From the NCBI GenBank assembly GCA_036012755.1, contig DASCPX010000043.1:1-64000 (forward strand): a stretch of DNA of 64,000 nucleotides, given 5' to 3'. The translations under genes were made by a program, and so were the position numbers. The DNA comes from Myxococcota bacterium (GTDB taxonomy: Bacteria; Myxococcota_A; UBA796; CAJQPC01). Under the pieces are notes generated by a model. That model worked only from the letters and a program-made list of their open reading frames with translations. It did no database searches and was not told where the DNA came from. Every line of letters starts with the position of its first letter. The first letter of the stretch is position 1. This document shows positions 10,035-18,958 of this stretch, in pieces.

Positions 10035-11399
10035 CTATATCCCCGTGTGGACGAAGATGTCCGCGTCCTCGTGGGAAGACTGGATCTGCAGCACCATCAC
10101 TGCCAGGTTCGCCGCGGCGAGATCGACCTCGTCGAAGGCTGCCGCGGAGCTCGCCACGAGCACCTCGTCAGCCTCGACCGCGAGGCTGTAGTCGCCCTCT
10201 CCGGTCGCATAGCGGGCCTTGTCCCAGGGCTGCTCGCTGGCATGCAGGAGCAGGATCTCCTCGCCCTGACGGGCGACCACGAGGAGATAGGCGTCGTCGT
10301 GCACTCCGAGGTTGGCCTCGATGAGCGCTCCGTCCCTGATGGCCTCGACGAGCACCGGGTAGCTTGGCTCCGGCGGCACATCCCGCAGGGCGAAGACGCC
10401 GGCGAGCACGGCCAGCATGCACGCGAGGGCGGCGCCGGCCCACCACCGCGCAGCAGGAGGGGGCTCGGGCAGCTTCTCGGGGAGGACACCGCAGCCGTCG
10501 ACCTCGGCCCAGGGCCGCTCGCGGATGCGCTCCACCGCCGCGGCGCCGACAGGACCGATGACACCGGTGCGAGTCCAGCGCCCAGGGCCCCGCACCAGCG
10601 CGCCCCGGATCTGGCTGCGCTCCGGAGTGCCCTCCAGGGCCAGCTGGCTGATCAGGGCCACGTGATCGTCGATGCGGTCCGGATCGACCAGCACGGCGTC
10701 GTCGTCCGCGCGGATCGCGGCGGAGCCGAAGACCTCGACGAGGGCCTTGCGATGCCCACGCGCGTCGGGGTGGAGGTGGAGGGCCAGCACGCTGGCCTGG
10801 TCGGAGGGATCCCGGGCGTTGTCAGGCGAGATCTCACTCGGAGAGAGCACACCTGCCCGGATGAGCCGCACAGCCCTGGCGCAGCGAGGACAGCGCTCGG
10901 CGTGCAGCCATCCATCGGGGGTCGCGGCCTCCCAGCCCCCCTGGCAGTCCGCCGCGGGCAGGCGCGCGACACGGGACAGCAGGCGGTCGAGCAGGTCGGA
11001 CTCGGGGTGGACGAGGCCGACGTCGTCCTCGGCCATGACGCAGCGCAGAGCGCTCCGAACGCCCCCGCGAGCCCCCTCCAGGATGACCCGGTCCACCCGC
11101 GTGATGCGCTCGACGTCGGTCAGGGCGAGCCCGTCGCCATAGACCAGGCGGAGCACGACCTCGCCGATGGGATCGAGGGCCTCCAGCAGTCGCTCGCGCC
11201 AGGACGGACGCGGCACGAGCGGATCCGCGGTCGGGGGGCGCCAGCGGTAGCGACCGTCCTGGACCCGACCGAGCCACTCCTCCATGAAGGTGCCGGCGAG
11301 CTCCTCGGCGAGGCTCCGGTTGGACCCCCGAGGCAGGGACAACAGGACGTGGTCGCGGGCCTCGTGCAGGACCGCGGGCGAGGCCTTGACGCCCGCCAT
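10035..11399 (-). CDS. Membrane protein with a sigma70 region-4-like HTH and a zinc anti-sigma-like motif
   Basis: LDPIGEVVLRLVYGDGLALTDVERITRV (sigma4-like), HAERCPRC (HxxxCxxC), TM WWAGAALACMLAVLAGVFAL. Start at ATG 11399 is uncertain. Confidence 0.6.
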   Translation of the reverse strand: MAGVKASPAVLHEARDHVLLSLPRGSNRSLAEELAGTFMEEWLGRVQDGRYRWRPPTADPLVPRPSWRERLLEALDPIGEVVLRLVYGDGLALTDVERITRVDRVILEGARGGVRSALRCVMAEDDVGLVHPESDLLDRLLSRVARLPAADCQGGWEAATPDGWLHAERCPRCARAVRLIRAGVLSPSEISPDNARDPSDQASVLALHLHPDARGHRKALVEVFGSAAIRADDDAVLVDPDRIDDHVALISQLALEGTPERSQIRGALVRGPGRWTRTGVIGPVGAAAVERIRERPWAEVDGCGVLPEKLPEPPPAARWWAGAALACMLAVLAGVFALRDVPPEPSYPVLVEAIRDGALIEANLGVHDDAYLLVVARQGEEILLLHASEQPWDKARYATGEGDYSLAVEADEVLVASSAAAFDEVDLAAANLAVMVLQIQSSHEDADIFVHTGI

Positions 11400-11563
11400 G
11401 TAGAGCTCCCACGAGACGCGGATGGTGACGGCAGACCACACGAAGCGGGAGGTCTCGATGGACGTGCGAGAGGCGGGATCGTGCACAGGCGGGGAGAGCT
11501 GGAGGGCAGGGAGGCGCGACTGCGATCTTGACACGTAAAGGGCTTTGTTGACAAGGTCCCTTA

Positions 11564-13252
11564 GTGGCGTACCTGGATCTGGCCATCGTCGCCGTCTACC
11601 TCGTGGGCGCCCTCGGCGTGGGGCTGGCGGTGACGAAGAAGGCCTCTGGCTCGACGGAGGAGTACTTCGTCGCCGGGCGCAGCCTGCCCTGGTGGCTCGC
11701 TGGGACCTCGATGGTCGCCACCACCTTCGCCGCGGACACGCCGCTGGCAGTCACGGGCCTGGTCGCCAGCGGCGGCATCGCGGGCAACTGGATCTGGTGG
11801 TCCTGGGGCATCGCGCACGTGGTCGCCGCCCTGGTCTTTGCTCGCCTGTGGCGCAGGCTGGCGGTCGTCACCGACGCGGAGATCATGGAGCTGCGGTACT
11901 CGGGCCCGCCAGCGGCGGTGCTCCGACTGGTGAAGGCCGGCTACGCGGCGCTGTTCTTGAACTGCCTCACGATGGGCTGGGTCATCCTGGCCATGCGAAA
12001 GGTCAGCGTCCACCTCTTCCCAGAGGTCGACCCCCTGCTGTTGACCTTTGGGCTGATGGCCCTGGCCGTGCTCTACAGCATGCTCGGCGGGATGCGCAGC
12101 GTGGTCATCACGGACCTGGTGCAGTTCGGGCTAGCCCTGCTCGGGGCCGTGCTGCTCATGGTCTTCGTGGTCGGAGACATGGGGGGCATCTCCGGACTCG
12201 TGGCCGGCCTGGAGGAGACCTATGGGGCCGAGAAGTCCGAAGAGCTGCTGGCCTTCTGGCCCAGCGGGGACCTGCCCGGACTGCCGATCACGCTCTTCGC
12301 GGTGCTCCTCACCGTCGCCTGGTGGAGACAAGCGGAGGGCGGCGGCTACATCGTGCAGCGGCTCGGGGCCGCCAAGAGCGCGCGTCACGCCGAGCAGGCG
12401 TCGATCTGGTTCGCGGTGCTGCACAACGCGATTCGCCCCTGGCCATGGATCCTCGTCGCGCTGGCCGCGCTGGTCGTGTGGCCCCTGGAGACCTCTGGCG
12501 TCGAGGACCGCGAAGGTCTCTACGCAGCCCTGATGGTCGACAAGCTGCCCGTCGGCGTGCTCGGGCTGATGGTGACGTCGCTCCTGGCGGCCTTCATGTC
12601 CACCATCGACACCCACGTGAACTGGGGCTCCAGCTACATCGTGCGGGACGTGTGGGAGCGCTTCGTGGGCAAGCGCCACGGTGTGCTCGTCGGCCGCGTC
12701 GGCGTCGTGTTCATGGGGCTGATCGCCGCCATCGTCAGCCTCTTCATGGACTCGATCGCAGAGGTCTGGCTCTTCGTCATCATGCTCGGCTCGGGCCTCG
12801 GCAGCGTGTCCGTCGCCCGCTGGCTGTGGTGGCGGGTCAACGCCCTCGCCGAGTTCGCCGCCCTCGTCGTCTCCACCGCGCTGAGCATCGGCATCGTCGT
12901 CTTCGCCGACGACATCGGCCAGGGAGAGCGCATCCTCCTCGTGGCGCTGGGCAGCCTGGCGGTCTGGGTCCCGGTGGCGCTGCTCACCCGGCCCAGCGCA
13001 GCTCTGAGCTCCTTCTACGAAAAAGCCCGTCCCTTCGGCTTCTGGGGCCCGGTCGCCGCCGAGCTCCCCCACGTGGACACCTCGCTGGGGCGCGACGTGC
13101 CCCTTCGCGTCGCGGCTGGCATGCTGGCCGTCTTCGGCACGCTCTTCGGGCTCGGCGGCGCAGTGCTCCGTCATCCGGCCTGGGCGCTGTTGGCCATCGC
13201 TGGGCTCGCCGCGCTGACCTGGTTGATCCGATCAGCGAGGGAGGACTCATGA
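11564..13252 (+). CDS. Sodium:solute symporter (SSS family)
   Basis: YFVAGRSLPWW.AGTSMVATTFAADTP, GGMRSVVITD.VQ, LLAAFMSTIDTH; many TM segments. Confidence 0.95.
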   Translation: MAYLDLAIVAVYLVGALGVGLAVTKKASGSTEEYFVAGRSLPWWLAGTSMVATTFAADTPLAVTGLVASGGIAGNWIWWSWGIAHVVAALVFARLWRRLAVVTDAEIMELRYSGPPAAVLRLVKAGYAALFLNCLTMGWVILAMRKVSVHLFPEVDPLLLTFGLMALAVLYSMLGGMRSVVITDLVQFGLALLGAVLLMVFVVGDMGGISGLVAGLEETYGAEKSEELLAFWPSGDLPGLPITLFAVLLTVAWWRQAEGGGYIVQRLGAAKSARHAEQASIWFAVLHNAIRPWPWILVALAALVVWPLETSGVEDREGLYAALMVDKLPVGVLGLMVTSLLAAFMSTIDTHVNWGSSYIVRDVWERFVGKRHGVLVGRVGVVFMGLIAAIVSLFMDSIAEVWLFVIMLGSGLGSVSVARWLWWRVNALAEFAALVVSTALSIGIVVFADDIGQGERILLVALGSLAVWVPVALLTRPSAALSSFYEKARPFGFWGPVAAELPHVDTSLGRDVPLRVAAGMLAVFGTLFGLGGAVLRHPAWALLAIAGLAALTWLIRSAREDS

Positions 13253-13290
13253 CAATGGTGTCGCGATCCGTTTCCAGGGGCACAGAGCAG

Positions 13291-13322
13291 AAAAGCGCCG
13301 AAGCCTTGATTGGCTCCGGCGC
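13291..13322 (-). terminator. Rho-independent terminator downstream of the 57-aa gene
   Basis: Minus strand GCGCCGGAGCC-AATCAA-GGCTTCGGCGC-TTTTCT: 11-bp stem with one G-U pair, then a U-tract. Confidence 0.75.
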
Positions 13323-13388
13323 CTCTCGGCACCCAGTCACCGGGGAGATGGATTCGTCTCTACCCGGGTCGAAACGTATACGCTTCGT

Positions 13389-13562
13389 TCAGGCTGCCTG
13401 CTCCCGGCGCTCCGTGTTCTGCTGGTTGGCACGCTCTGCGAGGATCTCGTTGATGGTCGCCGCGGCGGCCACAGAGGCCATTTCCTCGTCCCCGTACAGC
13501 GCGAGGTACTCGTCGTAGAAGAGGGTGATGAGGTCGGCGAGGGAAACGGTGGTGGTGTTCAT
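13389..13562 (-). CDS. Small acidic helical protein (57 aa)
   Basis: MNTTTVSLADLITLFYDEYLALYGDEEMASVAAAATINEILAERANQQNTERREQAA; GGAG RBS; has its own promoter and terminator. Confidence 0.8.
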   Translation of the reverse strand: MNTTTVSLADLITLFYDEYLALYGDEEMASVAAAATINEILAERANQQNTERREQAA

Positions 13563-13605
13563 GGGTGCTCCCGGTGGAGTGACTTGGGTGTCGCCAGAAC
13601 ACTGT

Positions 13606-13621
13606 TGCAATCGGTGTGCCA
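13606..13621 (-). promoter_or_regulatory. sigma54 (-24/-12) promoter
   Basis: Minus strand TGGCAC-ACCGA-TTGCA matches TGGCAC-N5-TTGCW, about 44 nt upstream of ATG 13562. Confidence 0.8.
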
Positions 13622-13737
13622 GCTCTGGGTGTGTGACCGGGGACTTCTCCTGTCCCTGATCTGCACACCTAGGACCCCGTCGGCGAGCGTCCGATTCATG
13701 GAACGTTGTCAAGAAATGTGGGACGACGTGCGGCGAG

Positions 13738-14370
13738 TCAGGCCCTGGCGTCGCAGATCGCGAGCAGGTGGACTTCGTCCGCGCCAGCCCTGATGAGCTC
13801 GTAGGCGCAGGTGGCCGCGGTGGCGCCGCTGGTGACCACGTCGTCGACCAACAGCACCCGAGCGGGAACGCCCCCGGTGGCTCGATAGGCCCGACGTGCG
13901 TTGTCCATTCGTCCTCTGAGCGGGAGGCCCGCCTGCTGCTGACCGGTGCGGCGCTCGAGGGCATCGACGACGTCGACATCGAGCGCTCTCGCGAGGGCCC
14001 CTGCGACGATCCGGACGGGGGAGAAGCCTCGTGAGAGCGTGGCGGCCCTGGTCTGGGGGACCGGCACGACAGCGTCCACTCCTGGCCACTGCTCGTCGAC
14101 GGCGGCGGCCACGAGCTTCCCCAACTCCCGGGCGCTGCCGGGGTCGGGCCGGTACTTCGCGCGACGGACCATGGTACCGGCGGGGCCGTCGTAGTGGCCG
14201 TAGAACACGGCCGTGTCGCAGCCGTCAGGGGTGTACTGGAGCGCCCAGACCCCTAGGGGGAGCTCCTCGAGGCAGTCGCTGCACAGGACCCCGCGGCGCT
14301 GGCGCGGCAGACCGCAGCCGGCGCAGTCGGTCGGGAGCAGGACATCGAGAGTCGCAGAGAGAAGGCCCAT
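13738..14370 (-). CDS. comF: ComF family phosphoribosyltransferase-like protein
   Basis: CxxC...CxxC zinc finger, VVPVP, RGF and VLLVDDVVTSGAT motifs. Confidence 0.9.
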   Translation of the reverse strand: MGLLSATLDVLLPTDCAGCGLPRQRRGVLCSDCLEELPLGVWALQYTPDGCDTAVFYGHYDGPAGTMVRRAKYRPDPGSARELGKLVAAAVDEQWPGVDAVVPVPQTRAATLSRGFSPVRIVAGALARALDVDVVDALERRTGQQQAGLPLRGRMDNARRAYRATGGVPARVLLVDDVVTSGATAATCAYELIRAGADEVHLLAICDARA

Positions 14371-14415
14371 ACCGACAAGTTATCGCCATCCGGGCCCGAC
14401 CGCGATTACGGGCGA

Positions 14416-14796
14416 TTACAGCCAGGCGCGCTGGGGCTGATCTACGTAGCCCGGGACCTCGACACGCTCTGCGTCCGCCCACAACGAGTCGAGATCGTAG
14501 AAGCCACGCAACTTCTGGTCGAAGACGTGGAACACCACGTCGCCGAAGTCGATCAAGACCCAACGCCCGATCTGGAGACCCTCGGTGGAGAGCGCGCTCA
14601 CGCCATGCTCCGTCTTCAGCTTGCCGACGACGTGGTTCGCGATGGCACGCACCTGGCGGGTGTTGGTGCCGTTGCAGATGACGAAGTGGCTGCAGTAGGA
14701 CAGAAGGGGCTCGACGAAGAGCACGGACGGCTCCGTCGCCTTCTTTTCGAGGGCGTAGCTGGCCAGAGTGGTTGCGAGGTCGTGGGGGGTCAGAAT
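14416..14796 (-). CDS. rsfS: Ribosome silencing factor RsfS (probable non-canonical ATT/CTG start)
   Basis: EKKA...FVICNGTNTRQVRAIA...WVLIDFGDVVFHVF...RGFYDLDSLW. AGGAGG at 14802-14807 precedes ATT(14796) and CTG(14793). Confidence 0.9.
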   Translation of the reverse strand: MLTPHDLATTLASYALEKKATEPSVLFVEPLLSYCSHFVICNGTNTRQVRAIANHVVGKLKTEHGVSALSTEGLQIGRWVLIDFGDVVFHVFDQKLRGFYDLDSLWADAERVEVPGYVDQPQRAWL

Positions 14797-14963
14797 GAGG
14801 GCCTCCTGGCTCCAGAGAAGAACGAGCCGCCCCGAGGGCAGCTCGTGATGGTCGCAGATGGCGCTCGCGTCAAGCCTTTGATCCTGCGGAACGGGGAAGG
14901 CTGATGTTTCGAACGCTCATCCAGACAAAGGGTACGCGCGGATTCCCACCGACGGCAAGTCGA

Positions 14964-15620
14964 TCACCGTAACGAGAGCTCGGGGACGGTCCCGATCTCG
15001 CTGCGCTGCAGCTTCAGCACGACCTTGCGCGGGCTGCCGCTCTTGGTCGTGAAGCTGCCCGTGATGTCGGCGAGCAGCCGAACCGCGGTGCCTTCGTCGA
15101 TCGTCACGGTTCCGCTGAGGGCGACGGGGACGTGGCCCGAGCCGGGGAGATCCTCGGTCGAGCCCATCGACACCGCATACACCAGGGCCGGGCGCCCCTC
15201 GACGACCGTCTCGCCGGTCTTCTCCAGCTTCATCACGTACCGAAAGGGCGACAGGGCCTCTTCGTAGAGGTTCCACGTCGTGGCCAGCTCGCGCCGGTAG
15301 AGCTGGGTTTCATCGGTCTTCCGCATGCGGCCGTCACCGCCGTGCCACGCCTTGCCGTCGATGAACAGCACGCGGCTCTTCGTCGCTCCGTCCCGGCGGC
15401 GGATGATCTCGAAGCTGTCCCAGTCCCCCCACTTCACGGCGACCGCCTCGACCGTCTCGACGTCGTGCTCGGTCCGGGCGGCGCTCGCTTCGTAGCGGTG
15501 CGGACCCAGGAGCGCGGCGCTGTCCCAGGTGACCTTGTGCGAAGCGTCCGCGATCAGGACTTCTTCGGGTGGCCCGCTGCTACAAGCCAGGATCGCCAGG
15601 AGCATCGGCAGCGTCGTCAT
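14964..15620 (-). CDS. Hypothetical lipoprotein
   Basis: MLLAILAC lipobox (alternative start 15605); beta-rich soluble domain. Confidence 0.7.
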   Translation of the reverse strand: MTTLPMLLAILACSSGPPEEVLIADASHKVTWDSAALLGPHRYEASAARTEHDVETVEAVAVKWGDWDSFEIIRRRDGATKSRVLFIDGKAWHGGDGRMRKTDETQLYRRELATTWNLYEEALSPFRYVMKLEKTGETVVEGRPALVYAVSMGSTEDLPGSGHVPVALSGTVTIDEGTAVRLLADITGSFTTKSGSPRKVVLKLQRSEIGTVPELSLR

Positions 15621-16632
15621 CGGCCTCGAGCATAGCTTGGAGGGTGAGCCAGCACCTGTCGCAGAGGCGGTCCACCCCCCGACGCGTCACGCTGGAGAGC
15701 GACAGGGCCTCGACCCCCACATCGGCGAAGGCCGCGACGAGCTCGTCGAGCTCTTCCTGACCGACGAGGTCGACCTTCGTCAACACCACCAGCTGCGGCC
15801 GCTCGGCGAGGTCCGCGCGGAATGCGGCCAGCTCTGCGTTGATGGCCCGCCAGCGGGCGAGCGGGTCCTCGACGGGCTCGCCGTAGGAGGAGGCCGAGAC
15901 GAGGTGGAGGAAGAAGCGGCAGCGCTCGACGTGCTTCAGGAAGCGATGACCGAGGCCGTGTCCCTTTGACGCCCCCTGGACGAGCCCCGGGATGTCCGCG
16001 ATGACGAAGCCGTCGTCCCAGCCGCGAGAGACGACGCCGAGGTTCGGGACCAGGGTAGTGAAGGGGTAGTCGGCGACCTTTGGACGCGCGTTGCTGACCA
16101 CCGAGATGAAGGTCGACTTGCCGGCGTTGGGGAAGCCGAGGAGGCCGACGTCCGCGATGAGCTTGAGCTCCAGCCGCACGCGGCGCTCGACCGCGGTGCC
16201 TCCTGGACCGGCCTTGCGCGGCGTACGGTTCTGAGAGGTCTTGAAGCGCATGTTGCCCTGCCCGCCGCGCCCGCCGCGACAGAGCACGACCTCTGCCCCG
16301 TCGTGTTCGAGATCCGCCAGCTCGACGCCGGACTTGACGTCGACGACCACGGTGCCGACCGGGACCTTGAGGCGGTGATCCTCGCCCGAGCGGCCGTGGC
16401 GGTTGTTGCTGCCTCCGGGGACACCGGGTTCGGCCTGGTACACCCGCCGACCGCGCAGGTGGTCCAGGGTGTTGCTGCGGGTCGTGGCGAAGAGCACGAC
16501 GTTGCCGCCGCGGCCACCGTCCCCTCCGTCCGGGCCCCCGCGGGGGTTGAACTTCTCGGATCGGAACGACATGGAGCCCGCCCCTCCCTTACCGGAGATG
16601 CAGGTGATCTCGATCTCGTCGACGAAGCGCAT
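15580..16632 (-). CDS. obgE: GTPase ObgE/CgtA
   Basis: Gly-rich Obg fold, GFPNAGKST, DYPFTTLVPNLG, DIPG, TKVD; follows rplU-rpmA. Confidence 0.98.
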   Translation of the reverse strand: MRFVDEIEITCISGKGGAGSMSFRSEKFNPRGGPDGGDGGRGGNVVLFATTRSNTLDHLRGRRVYQAEPGVPGGSNNRHGRSGEDHRLKVPVGTVVVDVKSGVELADLEHDGAEVVLCRGGRGGQGNMRFKTSQNRTPRKAGPGGTAVERRVRLELKLIADVGLLGFPNAGKSTFISVVSNARPKVADYPFTTLVPNLGVVSRGWDDGFVIADIPGLVQGASKGHGLGHRFLKHVERCRFFLHLVSASSYGEPVEDPLARWRAINAELAAFRADLAERPQLVVLTKVDLVGQEELDELVAAFADVGVEALSLSSVTRRGVDRLCDRCWLTLQAMLEADDDAADAPGDPGL

Positions 16633-16645
16633 CGAGCGCGCTGGG

Positions 16646-16903
16646 CTACTCGACGGGGTAGACCGCGATGCGGCGCTTGCCGCCGCGGAACCGCTCGAAG
16701 CGGACCTGGCCGTCGATCAGCGCGAACAGCGTCCAGTCGTTGCCGGTGCCGACGTTCTTGCCAGCATGGAACTTGGTCCCGAGCTGGCGGACGAGGATGT
16801 TGCCGGCGCGCACGGTCTGGCCGTCGCCCTTCTTCACGCCCCGGTACTGGGGGTTGGAGTCGCGACCGTTCCTAGTGGAGCCCTGTCCCTTCTTATGAGC
16901 CAT
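16646..16903 (-). CDS. rpmA: 50S ribosomal protein L27
   Basis: [24 protein letters not shown]...[15 protein letters not shown]. Confidence 0.99.
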   Translation of the reverse strand: MAHKKGQGSTRNGRDSNPQYRGVKKGDGQTVRAGNILVRQLGTKFHAGKNVGTGNDWTLFALIDGQVRFERFRGGKRRIAVYPVE

Positions 16904-16913
16904 GACGTCTCCT

Positions 16914-17222
16914 TCAGCCGTTGATCGCGGTGATCTGCAGCGTGGTGTGGCAGGCTCGGAAGCCCTTCTTGACGCGGCTCCGTTGCCGGCGCTTGTACTT
17001 GAAGGTGATGACCTTCGGGCCCTTGGTGTTCGAGACGACGGTGGCGCTCACAGAGGCACCCTCGACGATCGGGGTGCCGACCTTGACGTCGTCACCGCCG
17101 ATCAGCAGGACCCGGTCGAGGGTGAACTCGGCGCCGTCCTCGCACTCGAGGCGGTCGACGGTGATGGTGTCGCCGACGGCGACGCGGTACTGCTTGTTCC
17201 CGCTCTCGACGATCGCGTACAT
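16914..17222 (-). CDS. rplU: 50S ribosomal protein L21
   Basis: [14 protein letters not shown]...VITFKYKRR...KKGFR; GGAG RBS before ATG 17222. Confidence 0.99.
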   Translation of the reverse strand: MYAIVESGNKQYRVAVGDTITVDRLECEDGAEFTLDRVLLIGGDDVKVGTPIVEGASVSATVVSNTKGPKVITFKYKRRQRSRVKKGFRACHTTLQITAING

Positions 17223-17260
17223 GGTGATCTCCAGGCGCCCGCACGGGCGCAAGCCGTCGG

Positions 17261-17289
17261 CATTTAGGCGATCGCCGAGGAGGTGTCAA
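17261..17289 (-). promoter_or_regulatory. sigma70 promoter of rplU-rpmA-obgE
   Basis: Minus strand TTGACA-17 nt-TAAATG. Confidence 0.75.
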
Positions 17290-17368
17290 GCCGCAGGAGG
17301 GGGTCGTCGCCAACGGGATCGTTCGACGTCGAAGGGGCTCGGTGACGGTGGCGGCGACGGGGGACCAA

Positions 17369-17982
17369 CAACTCGCTCTCGGCGAAACCGCACGCCGGTG
17401 TGCAATCTGGGCGAGGCTGACGCGCAGGGGCCCCCAAACTGCACGCCCGTGTGCAATCTGGGGCTCGGCACCACGTCCGAGCCCCTATCGACCATGAACC
17501 CATTGCCGTCACCCGCCCGCCGTCAGGACCTCATCGTCACGGATGCTCGCTCACCGCCACGGCTGCCAGATCAGTGCTCAAGGACCGTCCTACGGTCCTT
17601 GGAGACCGATCAGGTCCTCGTGCGACAGGTCCTCGTCGTCCCCGTCCCTCATCCCCCTTTGTCGTCACCGTCCCCCTTGTCGTCACCGTCACCGTCCTCG
17701 TCATCGTCAACGGCCCAGTTGTCGACGGGGCCGGCAACTCGCGCTCGGTGAAACAGGGCGTTTCAGCCAGGCCGACTTGGGCCGGCAACTCGCGCTCGGT
17801 GAAACAGGGCGTTTCAGCCAGGCCGACTTGGGCCGCCAACTCGCGCTCGGTGAAACAGGGCGTTTCAGCCAGGCCGACTTGGGCCGGCAACTCGCGCTCG
17901 GTGAAACCGCACGTCCGAGTGGCCACGACCTCCACCGCCAGGACCTCATCGTCAAGGATGTTCGCTCGGTGCCGACGGCTCG
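17369..17982. repeat. Two related copies of a palindrome-rich intergenic element (REP/MITE-like)
   Basis: Copies at ~17369-17565 and ~17736-17982 share CAACTCGC.CTCGG.GAAAC, CACGTCCGAG and CAGGACCTCATCGTCA.GGATG.TCGCTC. Perfect hairpins at 17460-17485 and ~17579-17601. Confidence 0.65.
17728..17907. repeat. 51-bp tandem repeat, 3.5 copies
   Basis: Unit GGGCCGGCAACTCGCGCTCGGTGAAACAGGGCGTTTCAGCCAGGCCGACTT starts at 17728, 17779, 17830 and 17881 (partial); internal TGAAAC/GTTTCA hairpin. Confidence 0.95.
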
Positions 17983-18057
17983 CCGCCGACTGATCGGCGA
18001 GGCGTAACGCCCACGTAATGCGCGCCCCGGTGACCCTGTCGTCGCACGGAGGTGTTC

Positions 18058-18948
18058 ATGACACGTCGAGAGATGCTCGCGGCTTCCCTCTCCGGGGCCT
18101 TCCTCGTCGCCTGCGATCCGGGCGGGAGCCCTGGCACCGGGTCCGTGTGGACCGGAGGCGAGACAGGCGGATCCTCGCTGTTTGTCGACACCGACGCCCT
18201 GGGCGAGGCCTTGTCGCTCTTCGACGGCAGCCCCTTCGAGGACCACGCCCGCGGCCTGCCCGAGGCCCTGGATGCGGCCCTGTCCGAGGTCGCCGACCAC
18301 GATCCGGCCACCGCCGAGGTGCTCGCGGCGTTCATCGCGACGGTCGCCCTCCCCCGCTTCGAAGCGGCTCGACTCGCCCAGGGGGCCTTCGACGAGGACG
18401 ACCTGATCGCCATCTCCGCCGAGGGACTCGACGTCGATGGGGCGCGACTCACAGCAGCGCTGGAGTCCTGGGTTCCGGTGCTCGAGGAGGGGGACCCCTC
18501 GACCCCCCAGCAGAGCTACCTCGACCTCGCCCGCGAGGTGAGAGGGGAGGCCGACAGCCAGGACACCCTGGACAACGGCTACGTCCAGCGCATCTGCGCG
18601 GACCTCGACGGCTTCGTCGCGGCGCTGGACCGGCCGACCTCAGAGCTCGTCGAAGAGGCCCGGGCGGGGGTCGACGCGCTCGTGCGAAGAGAGGACTTCG
18701 ACCCCGGTCCCACAGGTCCGCCCACCGAGGAGTGCGACGACAGCGAGTACCAGGCCGCCCAGATCCGCGCCCACGCCGCCATCACGCTTAGCTACATCGG
18801 CATGATGCGCCTGGTCATGGGTCTGTCCGCCGCCGGACCGATCGGCATGATCCTCGGCCTGATGACGCTGGCGATCGGGATCCCGCTCATGGTCGGCTCG
18901 ATGATGAGCATCTACGAGCGCGCCTACATCCGCATGTGCAACTGCTGA
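18058..18948 (+). CDS. Hypothetical Tat-type lipoprotein with a C-terminal hydrophobic hairpin
   Basis: GGAGG RBS; MTRREMLAASLSGAFLVAC; acidic helical middle; two hydrophobic helices at the C-terminus. Confidence 0.75.
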   Translation: MTRREMLAASLSGAFLVACDPGGSPGTGSVWTGGETGGSSLFVDTDALGEALSLFDGSPFEDHARGLPEALDAALSEVADHDPATAEVLAAFIATVALPRFEAARLAQGAFDEDDLIAISAEGLDVDGARLTAALESWVPVLEEGDPSTPQQSYLDLAREVRGEADSQDTLDNGYVQRICADLDGFVAALDRPTSELVEEARAGVDALVRREDFDPGPTGPPTEECDDSEYQAAQIRAHAAITLSYIGMMRLVMGLSAAGPIGMILGLMTLAIGIPLMVGSMMSIYERAYIRMCNC

Positions 18949-18958
18949 GGAGGACGAC

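Noticed and set aside
17728..17907. Possible CRISPR array
   Set aside because: Units are essentially identical over their whole 51 bp, with no unique spacers and no cas genes in the window.
17451..18007. ORFs reading through the 51-bp repeat (17-aa repeats in several frames)
   Set aside because: 51 is a multiple of 3, so frames stay open by default; there is no RBS or recognisable protein motif.
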